The notes beneath the pieces are model-generated. The model was given only the letters and a program-made list of their open reading frames with translations. It did no database searches and was not told where the DNA came from. DNA of 61,750 nt, filler included. It is 6 parts of 6 records of this genome, joined end to end, with 100 filler letters (N's around TTAATTAATTAA, not from the genome) between each part and the next. Parts side by side here need not be neighbours in the genome. Positions count along the whole stretch, not along the records: positions 31,099 to 38,630 come from SRR2962707_3627; positions 38,731 to 48,656 come from SRR2962707_3633; 4 more parts are not named here. One strand, 5' to 3'. Below, piece by piece: positions 37,091 to 47,371 of this stretch (within the stretch, counting starts at the first letter, position 1; every line of letters begins with the position of its first letter). A program made the position numbers and the translations under genes.

Positions 37091-38554
37091 ATGAATTCAG
37101 AGATAAGAGACTTACAGCCTAAGGAAGTTTGGAATAAGTTTGCCGATTTAAATGCGGTTCCAAGACCCTCAAAAAAAGAAGAGCAAGTTATTGCTTTTAT
37201 GTTGGAGTTTGGGAAGAAACTCAATTTAGAAACTTTTAAGGATGAGGTTGGAAATGTTATTATAAAAAAACCTGCAACAGCAGGGATGGAAAGCAGAAAA
37301 GCAGTAGTGCTACAGTCGCATTTAGACATGGTACACCAAAAAAATAATGACACCACTTTTGATTTTAGCTCACAAGGAATTGAGATGTTTGTAGAAAATG
37401 GCTGGGTAAAAGCCAAAGGAACTACATTAGGAGCAGATAACGGACTAGGAGTTGCTGCTATTATGGCGGTTTTAGAAAGTAATAACATAGCACATCCAGC
37501 TATTGAAGCGTTATTTACTATAGATGAAGAAACAGGTATGACTGGAGCTCAAGGCTTAAAAGGTGGGGTTTTAAACGGAGAAATCCTTTTAAATTTAGAT
37601 ACCGAGGAAGATGATGAAATTGATATAGGATGTGCTGGAGGAGTAGATGTTACTGCAACTAGAAAATATCAAGAAGAGGAGACGCCAGAGCGTGTAACTG
37701 CCTATAAAATTTCTGTAAAAGGACTCCAAGGAGGGCATAGCGGAATGGATATTCATAGAGGTCTTGGGAATGCTAATAAGATTATGAATCGTCTACTTTT
37801 TGATGGTTTTGAAAATTTTGGACTCCGAATAGCAGCTATTGATGGTGGCGGATTAAGGAATGCAATTCCAAGAGAAAGTGAGGCTACAATTGTGGTAGAA
37901 GAAATGCACCATGATGCATTTGCTTTAGAATTTAATCAATTGGCAGCGGTTATTAAAAAAGAATATAAAACTACAGAACCCTCGTTGTCTATTACTGCAG
38001 AAGTTATAGAAACGCCAAATAGCGTAATGGGAATAGGAGTTCAGGAGGGAATTACTAGAGCTCTGTACACAGCGCATAATGGAGTGTATGCTATGAGTCC
38101 AGATATGGAAGATTTAGTACAAACCTCAAATAATGTTGCTCGTGTAAAAATTGGAGAAGGAAAAATAAAAATACTTTGTCTTACACGTTCTTCTGTAGAA
38201 TCCTCAAAAATAGATTTAGCAAATGCCTTAAGAGCAGCATTTGAATTATGTGGATGTGAAGTAAAATTTAGTGGAGAATATCCTGGGTGGAAACCAAATC
38301 CAGAGAGCCCTATTTTAAAGGTGTTAACCGATAAATATCAAACATTATTTAATGAAACTCCAGATGTGGTTGCTTGCCATGCAGGATTGGAATGTGGAAT
38401 TTTAGGGCAAAATTATCCTGAAATGGATATGATAAGTTTTGGACCAACAATTAAAGGAGCGCATTCTCCAGATGAAAGAGCGCATATTGCTTCCGTAGAA
38501 AAGTTTTGGAAATTCTTAAAAGAGATTTTAAAAGATATTCCTGTGAAGGGGTAA
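37091..38554 (+). CDS. pepD: Aminoacyl-histidine dipeptidase (M20C)
   Basis: LQSHLDMV; TTLGADNG; DEETGM; NLDTEE; GGHSG; HAGLECG; HSPDE. Confidence 0.95.
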   Translation: MNSEIRDLQPKEVWNKFADLNAVPRPSKKEEQVIAFMLEFGKKLNLETFKDEVGNVIIKKPATAGMESRKAVVLQSHLDMVHQKNNDTTFDFSSQGIEMFVENGWVKAKGTTLGADNGLGVAAIMAVLESNNIAHPAIEALFTIDEETGMTGAQGLKGGVLNGEILLNLDTEEDDEIDIGCAGGVDVTATRKYQEEETPERVTAYKISVKGLQGGHSGMDIHRGLGNANKIMNRLLFDGFENFGLRIAAIDGGGLRNAIPRESEATIVVEEMHHDAFALEFNQLAAVIKKEYKTTEPSLSITAEVIETPNSVMGIGVQEGITRALYTAHNGVYAMSPDMEDLVQTSNNVARVKIGEGKIKILCLTRSSVESSKIDLANALRAAFELCGCEVKFSGEYPGWKPNPESPILKVLTDKYQTLFNETPDVVACHAGLECGILGQNYPEMDMISFGPTIKGAHSPDERAHIASVEKFWKFLKEILKDIPVKG

Positions 38555-38630
38555 ATTTAAATTGAAGGTTACAATCCGTAATGAAACAAATATTGCCCTA
38601 AAAAAACAACCCCGAAGATTATATAATCTT

Positions 38631-38730
38631 NNNNNNNNNNNNNNNNNNNNNNNNNNNNNNNNNNNNNNNNNNNNTTAATTAATTAANNNNNNNNNNNNNN
38701 NNNNNNNNNNNNNNNNNNNNNNNNNNNNNN
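38631..38730. other. Artificial contig linker
   Basis: N44-TTAATTAATTAA-N44. Confidence 0.98.
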
Positions 38731-39207
38731 CATGGTGGTGTCGTTGTAGGAATCACCCGCGGCGATGACCCGGTAATTCAGGCTGTGCAGCGCCTTGACC
38801 GAGGCTCGCTTGGGATCCTGCTGGCGCAGCACGTAGTCGATGATGCGGCCGTTACCGTCCACTTCCAGACGGTGACAGAACAGCGTCGGCTGACCCAGCT
38901 TGCGCATCAGGGGCAAGGCAAACTCGTAAAAGGTATCGGAAAGGATGATCAGTTGGAAATGCTCCTGCGCCCAATCGACGAAGGCCCGGGCGCCGTCCAG
39001 CGGTTCCAGGGTGTCGATCACCGCCTGGATATCCGGCAAACCATAGCCGTGCTGGTCAAGCAGCCCCAGCCGCATTCGCATCAGTTCGTCGTAATCGGGG
39101 ATGTCCCGGGTGGTGGCCCGCAGTTCCTCGATTCCGGTGCGCTCGGCGAAGTTGATCCAGATCTCGGGGATCAGCACCCCTTCCAGATCAAGACATAACA
39201 ATTCCAC
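38731..39207 (-). CDS. thrH: Phosphoserine phosphatase / homoserine phosphotransferase ThrH (3' truncated)
   Basis: CLDLEGVLIPEIW; TTRDIPDYD; ILSDTFYEF; AAGDSYNDTTM. Confidence 0.93.
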
Positions 39208-39262
39208 GTTGATCCCCCTTGGGGTTGAATGAAGATGACGGTGGTTGGCCGCGAACGGCGGT

Positions 39263-39308
39263 CCCGGCGGCTCCGGGCCGGCACCACCCGGCGTCTCCGG
39301 GCCGGCAC
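39263..39308. repeat. 24-bp-period tandem duplication in the thrH leader
   Basis: CCCGGCG(G/T)CTCCGGGCCGGCAC at 39263 and 39287. Confidence 0.8.
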
Positions 39309-39337
39309 AATGTAGCCGCGCCCTGGCCGCTTTGCAA
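39309..39337 (-). promoter_or_regulatory. Sigma70 promoter of thrH
   Basis: Minus strand TTGCAA-N17-TACATT. Confidence 0.6.
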
Positions 39338-39372
39338 CGCGCTGGCGGGGATCGGAGCCCCTGAACCGGCGC

Positions 39373-40374
<1,002 letters not shown>

Positions 40375-40457
40375 TTATAAAAATATAAAGAACTATTCAG
40401 AGAAAGCATAGGGGGCGGCGTTTTTTCCACCAGGCGCGTGAACCGGCCCCCAGGCTC

Positions 40458-41372
40458 TTAGGGATCCGCCGGCGGCGCATTGGCGATGCCATGCGGAACA
40501 TGGCCGGCGGCCACATGCTCACGGGCGGATTCGCAGTGGCCCTGTTGATCATCGAAAAACACATCGGCGCCGAAGGCGCGTAGAAACGGCCCTTTCGGCA
40601 GTCCGCCCAGGAACAGACTTTCGTCCAGGCGAATCCCCCAGGCCCGCAGGGTACGCACGACCCTTTCATGGGCCGGCGCCGAACGCGCGGTGACCAGAGC
40701 GGTGCGAATCGGGCATTGCTCCATTGGGAAGGCCTTCTGGATCTGATGCAGCGCCTCCAGAAAAGGCTTGAACGGCCCGTCGCTGAGGGGCTGCCAGGCA
40801 GCGGCCTTTTCGCTCTCCGCGAACGCCTCCAGGCCGGCGCTCTGGAAAACCCGCTCGGATTCGTCGGAAAACAACACCGCGTCGCCATCGAAGGCGATGC
40901 GAAGGAGATCGTCCTGTTGTTCCAAAGGTCCGCCGGAAAGGATATTGGCGGCGGCGAAGCCGGCATCCAGCACCTGACGAACGTCATCCGGGCTGGTGGA
41001 AAGGAACAGGTGGGCGCCAAAAGCCGAGACATAACGATGCGGACTTTGCCCACCGGCAAAAGCCGCCCGGGTGATGGGGAGGCCGTAATGCTCTATGGAA
41101 TTGAATACGCGCAAGCCGGTATCCGAGCTGTTGCGAGACAACAAAATCACTTCCACCCGATCGCGGCCCTGCTCCAACTGATTGATCGCCAACAGTTTGG
41201 TCACCAGAGGAAAGGCGTCACCGGGCTTGAGGATGTCGTCCTCATGGGCGGTCTGGTACTCCTGAAATGCGTCCAGCCCTTCCTCTTCGTACACCTTGTG
41301 GCTGTCGCTGAGATCGAACAGCGCCCGCGAACTGATCGCCACCACCAGCTTGCCGTCAAAGGAAATCGCCAT
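40458..41372 (-). CDS. 5'-nucleotidase (cN-I-like)
   Basis: LVVAISSRALF; LRIAFDGDAVLF; TARSAPAHER; FFDDQ. Confidence 0.93.
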   Translation of the reverse strand: MAISFDGKLVVAISSRALFDLSDSHKVYEEEGLDAFQEYQTAHEDDILKPGDAFPLVTKLLAINQLEQGRDRVEVILLSRNSSDTGLRVFNSIEHYGLPITRAAFAGGQSPHRYVSAFGAHLFLSTSPDDVRQVLDAGFAAANILSGGPLEQQDDLLRIAFDGDAVLFSDESERVFQSAGLEAFAESEKAAAWQPLSDGPFKPFLEALHQIQKAFPMEQCPIRTALVTARSAPAHERVVRTLRAWGIRLDESLFLGGLPKGPFLRAFGADVFFDDQQGHCESAREHVAAGHVPHGIANAPPADP

Positions 41373-41577
41373 ATCCGTTTATCCCGTTATGCTGCGGGCA
41401 GTATCTCCGCTGGCCCGGCAAAGCTCAATGGCATTGCCGGAATGACGTGAATCATCGGCGCTGCGCTGTTGTCCAGCTCCAGGATGTGACATAAAGTTTC
41501 AGTGGCACCGCGGAGGATTCCAACCCGGTGCTGATCAACGCCCTCACACACATCCATCCGGGGAAAGGGAGTCATCC

Positions 41578-42222
41578 ATGGCCGCGAATACAGTACGAAG
41601 CCGCCTTGACGATCTGCAGGCACAGATCCGCAAGCTGGCGGAACGTTTCGATAACGAAAGGGATAAACAGATCGCGCAACTGGAAAAACAGCTGGAAAAG
41701 GCTCGCCAGCGGCTTAATCAGGAGGTTGAGCGGCGCCGCGATACGCTCAATCGATTGGAGAAGCTGCAGGCGGAATACCGGAAGAAAGCCAATGCCACCG
41801 TCAAGCGGCAACTGGATCGCGCCCGCAAGGCAGTGGACGAGGCGCGCTCCCGGGTGGACGAATCGGAAGCCCGCAAGCGTTTCCTGGAAACCGAGGTCAA
41901 AGTGCTCAAGGCCACCGCCAAGCAAGCCAACAGTCTGGCCAAAGTCATCGGTCAGTACCAGAAGGATCTGGAAAAGCGTGCCAAGGAGATTGAAAAGCGC
42001 GTTGGCGGTGATACGCCGAAAGCGGCACCTAAACCCAAAAAGGCCGCGGTGAAGAAGAAAGCCGCCACGCCCCGGAAGAAGGCCGCCGCCAAGAAAAAAA
42101 CCACGGTTAAAAAGACGCCGGCAAAGAAAAAGGCGGCCACCCGTAAGAAAGCCGCCACCCGGGCCAAGAGTGCTCCAGACACATCCACTTCATCCACCCC
42201 GACCCAGGAAGACGCCTCCTGA
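41578..42222 (+). CDS. AlgP-like protein: coiled coil plus histone H1-like Lys/Ala-rich tail
   Basis: About 140-aa coiled coil (LEKQLEKARQRL) followed by KKAA/KKKAAT repeats; RBS GGGAG. Confidence 0.75.
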   Translation: MAANTVRSRLDDLQAQIRKLAERFDNERDKQIAQLEKQLEKARQRLNQEVERRRDTLNRLEKLQAEYRKKANATVKRQLDRARKAVDEARSRVDESEARKRFLETEVKVLKATAKQANSLAKVIGQYQKDLEKRAKEIEKRVGGDTPKAAPKPKKAAVKKKAATPRKKAAAKKKTTVKKTPAKKKAATRKKAATRAKSAPDTSTSSTPTQEDAS

Positions 42223-42226
42223 GCCG

Positions 42227-42259
42227 AGCCGCGTCGGCGGTAATGCCGCCGGCGCGGTT
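42227..42259. terminator. Strong hairpin between convergent genes
   Basis: AGCCGCGTCGGCGGT-AAT-GCCGCCGGCGCGGTT. Confidence 0.7.
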
Positions 42260-42268
42260 AGAGCCTGT

Positions 42269-42937
42269 TCAGCCGAATCGATGCAGCAGGCTCTGATAGT
42301 ACGCCACCACCGGCTTACGGTGACTGCGTTCCATGGCGGGCAACCCCTTGTCCACGGCGGATGCGGAAGCCTTGTTGATGGTGGCGCGGGCGGTGGACAC
42401 CAGGCCGCGGTTGATGGCGCCGAGTTTCAGGCTGCCCAGAGTCTTATCCAGATAGTTTTCGATCGCTCCGTCGGTGATGCCGTGCATCACTTCCACCAAC
42501 TGCGCCATCTCCCCTTCCCCGTTGGCGAAGGATTCGAAAACCTGATTGGCACGCTCCGCCAGATCCGCTGGCAACGGGTAGCCGACGAAGACGCCGCCAT
42601 CCTTCTCCAGCCGCAAGGAGCTGAAATGTTGAGCCAGAGCCTGTTGCTCCTCGACACTGGCTTTGCGCATCAAACGGCCGGCCAGTCCGTGGGCGGCCTT
42701 CTGGATCACCTTCATGGCCCCCATGATCATGTTCACCGCGGTGCCGCGCGCATTGACCGCTTCGATCGGGCCGGTGAAGTAGGTATGCAGGACTTCGTCG
42801 ATGAAAGGATCGGTGATGCCATCCAAATCCGCGGCATGGTTGCCAGACGGGTCATCCCGCATCTTGGCAAGAAAAGCATCGATACGCTGGCACAGTGTTT
42901 CGCTGGCGGAAAAGGCCACGTACAAGGTGTCACTCAT
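42269..42937 (-). CDS. Hypothetical protein with apparent internal duplication (222 aa)
   Basis: Start reassigned to ATG 42937 (MSDTLYVAF); the upstream extension overlaps the DUF2489 gene. Confidence 0.75.
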   Translation of the reverse strand: MSDTLYVAFSASETLCQRIDAFLAKMRDDPSGNHAADLDGITDPFIDEVLHTYFTGPIEAVNARGTAVNMIMGAMKVIQKAAHGLAGRLMRKASVEEQQALAQHFSSLRLEKDGGVFVGYPLPADLAERANQVFESFANGEGEMAQLVEVMHGITDGAIENYLDKTLGSLKLGAINRGLVSTARATINKASASAVDKGLPAMERSHRKPVVAYYQSLLHRFG

Positions 42938-43052
42938 AATCTGAACTCGGCTTCCAATGACTGATAAGGTGATTGCAAACAATGGAAAGCGCCGATCATA
43001 CCCAATGGTATACAAGGCGCCCGCAGCCGTGACGCCTGAGTCGAGTGTCTTT

Positions 43053-43526
43053 TCAGTCAGTCCGCCGGCGCGGACAAAGTTGTTGCCGCCATTGCACCAG
43101 CACACCAGCAAGCCGCTCGGTGGCCTGCATGAACGCCTCCGCCTGCTCATCTTCCAGACGCAGGCGATCAAGATCCTCCCGGTTACGTTGAGCCGGGGTC
43201 AGCGCCTTGCGCGCATCGCCCCGGTGAAAGTTCTCGCAGTCGCTGGCCAACTGGTGGATCGCCGCCAGATCCACTTTCGGCGCGACCCGCGCTGGCAAAC
43301 AGTCCAATAGCGCCGCCATCCTCAGACTGGCTTCACCGGCATCCACCTGACCTTGCATATAAGCGCGGCTGAGCACCTCCAGGCTTTCCAGCACCTGGGC
43401 GTGGCGATGCCGCTCAAGGGCGGCCTCACGGCGCCGTGACATCCAGCGCCAGATCAGCAGGCCCAACAGCACACCGATCAGCAGACCGATCCCGATTGCC
43501 AGGGCCAATTGCGCGGCCATCCCCAT
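43053..43526 (-). CDS. DUF2489-like membrane-anchored protein
   Basis: N-terminal TM; ESLEVLSRAYMQGQVDAGEASLRMAALLD. Confidence 0.75.
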   Translation of the reverse strand: MGMAAQLALAIGIGLLIGVLLGLLIWRWMSRRREAALERHRHAQVLESLEVLSRAYMQGQVDAGEASLRMAALLDCLPARVAPKVDLAAIHQLASDCENFHRGDARKALTPAQRNREDLDRLRLEDEQAEAFMQATERLAGVLVQWRQQLCPRRRTD

Positions 43527-43651
43527 AAAGGTTCTCCTGGTTCACCTGTCTTCGTTGCTTACTTTCGACTCACCGGACCGCCACGGCGGCACGGTTGGCC
43601 GTTCCGACGGTCCCATGTTATACGGCGGCGCATGGGCTGTACGACGGCGCA

Positions 43652-43680
43652 TTGCAAATCATCATCGCCGGTCTCATATT
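43652..43680 (+). promoter_or_regulatory. Candidate sigma70 promoter
   Basis: TTGCAA-N17-CATATT. Confidence 0.5.
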
Positions 43681-43883
43681 GCGCCGGGTGGGTCGCCGAT
43701 CTTGTCCCATGGCCGGCGGCTCACTCGTCATGGGCCGGTCCTTGAGGCGGCACGGCACCCCCCATGCGAAGCGCAACATACCGGTTCAACCGGCCAGACG
43801 TCCAACCCGCCCCGTCTGGCGATGCTCGGGCAATGGTGCCAGACGCCAAGGCCATGCAAGGAAAATTTGAGGAGAGCCAAGCA

Positions 43884-44309
43884 GTGACGCTGAGCCTGCC
43901 CCCCTGGCTGCATCAACTGGGACAAACCCTGGAACCGTGGTTCCCCACTCTCACCTTGATCGGGCTGCTGATGGCGGTCATTTCCACCCTGGCCATTCCA
44001 TGGCTGGTGATTCGCATGCCGGCGGATTATTTCACCGCCGAGCGGCGCCCCACTCACTATCGGCACCCGGGGCATTGGGTGTTGTGGGCGTTGCGCAATG
44101 CTCTTGCGGTGGTGTTGTTGGTGGCGGGTCTGCTGATGCTGGTTCTGCCCGGACAAGGCCTTTTGACCATGCTGATCGCGGTCATGGTCAGCACTTTTCC
44201 GGGCAAATACCGTCTGGAAAGGGTCATTATCCGTCAACACAGTGTGTTCCGGGCGGTCAACTGGATTCGTCGTCGCCGGCGGCGGGAACCGCTGCACTAT
44301 CCTCCGTGA
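43884..44309 (+). CDS. PGPGW-family small membrane protein
   Basis: MPADYF; LMLVLPGQGLLT; FPGKYRLE; GTG start with RBS GAGGAG at 43869-43874. Confidence 0.8.
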   Translation: MTLSLPPWLHQLGQTLEPWFPTLTLIGLLMAVISTLAIPWLVIRMPADYFTAERRPTHYRHPGHWVLWALRNALAVVLLVAGLLMLVLPGQGLLTMLIAVMVSTFPGKYRLERVIIRQHSVFRAVNWIRRRRRREPLHYPP

Positions 44310-44426
44310 ACGAGGCCTCCATAAAAGAGGCCTTCCCAAGAGATGCCTCCGTAACGGATGGCTGTTGTAGAATAACCGCCCCGGCCCGGACCGGGTGACG
44401 CTTTCGCTACTTTCACGGAGACATTG

Positions 44427-45464
44427 ATGGCCCTGGCGAGTCTCGCGATCCGCTGGCACGACACCGCACTTGATCTGCTCGATCAGCGCGCCCTGCCCGC
44501 CGACACTATCTGGCTGCGCATCACCAACGCGCGGGAAGCCGCTCATGCCATCCGCGAGATGGTAGTGCGCGGGGCGCCCGCCATCGGCATCACCGCCGGC
44601 TATGGCCTGGCGCTGGAAGCCCAGCGGCTTGGCGACCAAGCGTCCCTGGCGGCGCTGGCGCCGGCCTTCGAGGTGCTCGCCGAGAGCCGCCCCACCGCGG
44701 TGAATTTGTTCTGGGCGCTGGACCGGATGCGTGAGGCCGCCGGCGATCTCAGCGGCGCGGCTCTCGCCCGGCACCTGAGTGAGCAGGCCGAGCGCCTGCA
44801 CCGGGACGATCTGGCCGCCAACCGGCGTCTCGGTGAGGCCGGTCTGTCTCTGCTACCCCCGGAGGCCCGGGTTTATACCCACTGCAACACCGGCGCTCTG
44901 GCCACCGGTGGCCACGGCACAGCCCTTGGCATCATCCGTTCCGCCTGGGAAGCAGGCCAATTGAGGTCGGTATATGCCGGCGAGACCCGCCCCTGGCTGC
45001 AAGGGGCTCGTCTGACCAGTTGGGAACTGATGCAGGACGGCATTCCCGTCACCCTGGTGGCGGACAGTTGCGCCGCCATGCTGATGGCCCAGGGCGAGGT
45101 GGATGTGGTGATCGTCGGCGCTGACCGTATCGCCGCCAACGGCGATACCGCCAATAAGATCGGCACCTATTCCCTGGCCGTGCTGGCCCGTCACCATGGC
45201 ATCCCCTTTATTGTCGCGGCGCCGGATTCCACTCTGGACGCGGCGATGCAGGACGGTTCCGGTATCGTCATCGAGCAACGCCCTGCGGAGGAAGTCCGGC
45301 AGGTAGCGGGGCGGCCCTGCGCCCCGGCGGACTGCCCGGTCTATAACCCCGCCTTTGATGTGACGCCGGCCGCCTTGATCAGCGCCATCGTTACCGAAAA
45401 CGGGGTTATCCCGTCCCCCGACCCAACCGCCATGGCGGCGTATTTTGCCCGGAGTGCCTCATGA
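44427..45464 (+). CDS. mtnA: Methylthioribose-1-phosphate isomerase
   Basis: LLDQRALP; MVVRGAPAIG; SRPTAVNL; THCNTGALAT; ETRP; NKIGT. Confidence 0.96.
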   Translation: MALASLAIRWHDTALDLLDQRALPADTIWLRITNAREAAHAIREMVVRGAPAIGITAGYGLALEAQRLGDQASLAALAPAFEVLAESRPTAVNLFWALDRMREAAGDLSGAALARHLSEQAERLHRDDLAANRRLGEAGLSLLPPEARVYTHCNTGALATGGHGTALGIIRSAWEAGQLRSVYAGETRPWLQGARLTSWELMQDGIPVTLVADSCAAMLMAQGEVDVVIVGADRIAANGDTANKIGTYSLAVLARHHGIPFIVAAPDSTLDAAMQDGSGIVIEQRPAEEVRQVAGRPCAPADCPVYNPAFDVTPAALISAIVTENGVIPSPDPTAMAAYFARSAS

Positions 45465-46090
45465 GCCAGCGCCCCTACTCCATCTCCGCTTTTCGTGAAG
45501 CCGCCCGCACCCTGGCGGCCACTGGCCACCGTCTGTATCAACACGGCTGGTCCCCCGCCACCAGCAGCAATTACTCAATACGGTTGAACGCCGGACACGC
45601 CGCCATTACCTGTTCTGGCAAGGACAAGGGGCTGCTGGAGGAAACCGATATCATGGTGGTGGATTTGCGGGGCCGCCCGGTGGGTGATGGCAAGCCCTCG
45701 GCAGAAACCCTGTTGCATACCCAGCTCTACCAGCGTTATGACCAGGTCGGCGCGGTGCTGCATACCCACAGCCATGCGTCCACCGTGTTGACCATGCATT
45801 GGCCGGCGGATCACCTTACCCTGGAAGGGTATGAGCTGTTGAAAGCGCTAGAGGGCATCACCACCCACGATACCCGGGTCACCTTGCCCGTGTTCGACAA
45901 TACGCAGGATATCGCCGAGCTGTCGGCACGCGTGGATCAGGCCATGGACCAGGGCCTTGCCCGCCATGCTTACCTGATTCGCGGCCATGGTCTGTACACA
46001 TGGGCCGCGGATATGGCCACTTGTTACCGCCAGTTGGAAGCATTGGAAACGCTGCTGGCCATTGAACTGGATCGTCGCCGGCTGGGTTGA
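45461..46090 (+). CDS. mtnB: Methylthioribulose-1-phosphate dehydratase
   Basis: GWSPATSSNYS; KPSAETLLH; LHTHS; RGHGLY. Confidence 0.95.
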   Translation: MSQRPYSISAFREAARTLAATGHRLYQHGWSPATSSNYSIRLNAGHAAITCSGKDKGLLEETDIMVVDLRGRPVGDGKPSAETLLHTQLYQRYDQVGAVLHTHSHASTVLTMHWPADHLTLEGYELLKALEGITTHDTRVTLPVFDNTQDIAELSARVDQAMDQGLARHAYLIRGHGLYTWAADMATCYRQLEALETLLAIELDRRRLG

Positions 46091-46143
46091 CCCCGCCCCA
46101 CCGGCGTAAAGATCGTGAACAGGCTCTTAACGAGGATCACCCC

Positions 46144-46689
46144 ATGAGTAATCTGAAAATTTTCCGCGACGGTGAGCCGGATAATCCGCAACTGGTGGTG
46201 GATAGCAAAGCCGCCATGGCGGTGGAACTGGCCAAGGTCGGGATCCGTTATGAACAATGGGAGGCAACCAAGCCGTTGACGGCCAGCCCACCCCAGGAAG
46301 AAGTGCTGGAAGCCTATGCCGAGGACATCGACCGCCTGAAGCGCGAGGAAGGCTACCAGACGGTGGACGTGGTCAGCATGCAACCGGATCATCCGGACAA
46401 AGCGGCGTTCCGGGAAAAGTTCCTGGACGAGCACCGCCACTCGGAAGACGAGGTTCGCTTCTTCGTCGAGGGTCAGGGGCTGTTTACCTTGCACATCGAG
46501 GATCAGGTTTATGAAGTGTTGTGCACCAAAGGCGACCTGATCTCCGTGCCAGCCAATACCGCGCACTGGTTCGACATGGGCCCGAATCCGCATTTCGTGG
46601 CCATCCGGTTGTTCAATAATCCGGAAGGCTGGGTGGCCAGCTTCACTGGCAGCGATATCGCCGGCCGGTTCAGCCGCCTGGAGAACTGA
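46144..46689 (+). CDS. mtnD: Acireductone dioxygenase
   Basis: KFLDEHRHSEDEVRFF; HWFDMG; ATG 46144 with RBS GAGG. Confidence 0.95.
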   Translation: MSNLKIFRDGEPDNPQLVVDSKAAMAVELAKVGIRYEQWEATKPLTASPPQEEVLEAYAEDIDRLKREEGYQTVDVVSMQPDHPDKAAFREKFLDEHRHSEDEVRFFVEGQGLFTLHIEDQVYEVLCTKGDLISVPANTAHWFDMGPNPHFVAIRLFNNPEGWVASFTGSDIAGRFSRLEN

Positions 46690-46693
46690 GACG

Positions 46694-47371
46694 ATGGCGA
46701 TCGAGGTCATTCTCACCGACATCGAAGGCACCACCAGCAGCATCTCCTTCGTCAAGGAGGTGCTGTTTCCCTATGCGGACCGGGAAATGGAGGCTTTTCT
46801 GCGGACGCATTGGGAGCGGCCCGCCGTGGCGGAATGCGTGGCCCAGGCCCGTGCGGAGAGCGGCCAGCCGCTGGCGTCACCGGAGCAAGCCGCGGCCTTG
46901 TTCCGGGGCTGGATTGCCGAGGATCGCAAGATCACATCTCTGAAAACGTTGCAGGGCATGATCTGGCAAACGGGCTATGAGAACGGCGACTACCAGGCCC
47001 ACATGTATTCCGACGCGGTGGAACGGCTCCGGCAGTGGCAGGCCCGGGGGTTGAAGCTGTACGTGTATTCGTCCGGCTCCATTGCCGCCCAGAAGTTGTT
47101 CTTCGGTCACAGTGTGGCCGGTGACCTGACACCGTTGTTCAGCGGCTATTACGACACCACCAGCGGCGGCAAGAAAGACGCCGACAGCTACCGGGGTATC
47201 ACCGCCGACATCGGCGTGGCTCCTGAGCGGGTGTTGTTTCTCTCCGACGTGGAAGCGGAACTGGACGCGGCGCGGGAGGCCGGCTTGAATACCACCTTGC
47301 TGGACCGCGAGAAGGTTCTGCGGAACTCCCCGCATGCCCGCGCCGAAACCTTTTACGACATCGAGCTCTGA
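46694..47371 (+). CDS. mtnC: Enolase-phosphatase E1
   Basis: TDIEGTT; VLFPYA; LQGMIW; YSSGS; FLSD. Confidence 0.95.
   Translation: MAIEVILTDIEGTTSSISFVKEVLFPYADREMEAFLRTHWERPAVAECVAQARAESGQPLASPEQAAALFRGWIAEDRKITSLKTLQGMIWQTGYENGDYQAHMYSDAVERLRQWQARGLKLYVYSSGSIAAQKLFFGHSVAGDLTPLFSGYYDTTSGGKKDADSYRGITADIGVAPERVLFLSDVEAELDAAREAGLNTTLLDREKVLRNSPHARAETFYDIEL

Noticed and set aside
44310-44426. Known SAM or SAH riboswitch directly upstream of mtnA
   Set aside because: Only two short hairpins and a TAGAAT box; no consensus I recognise.
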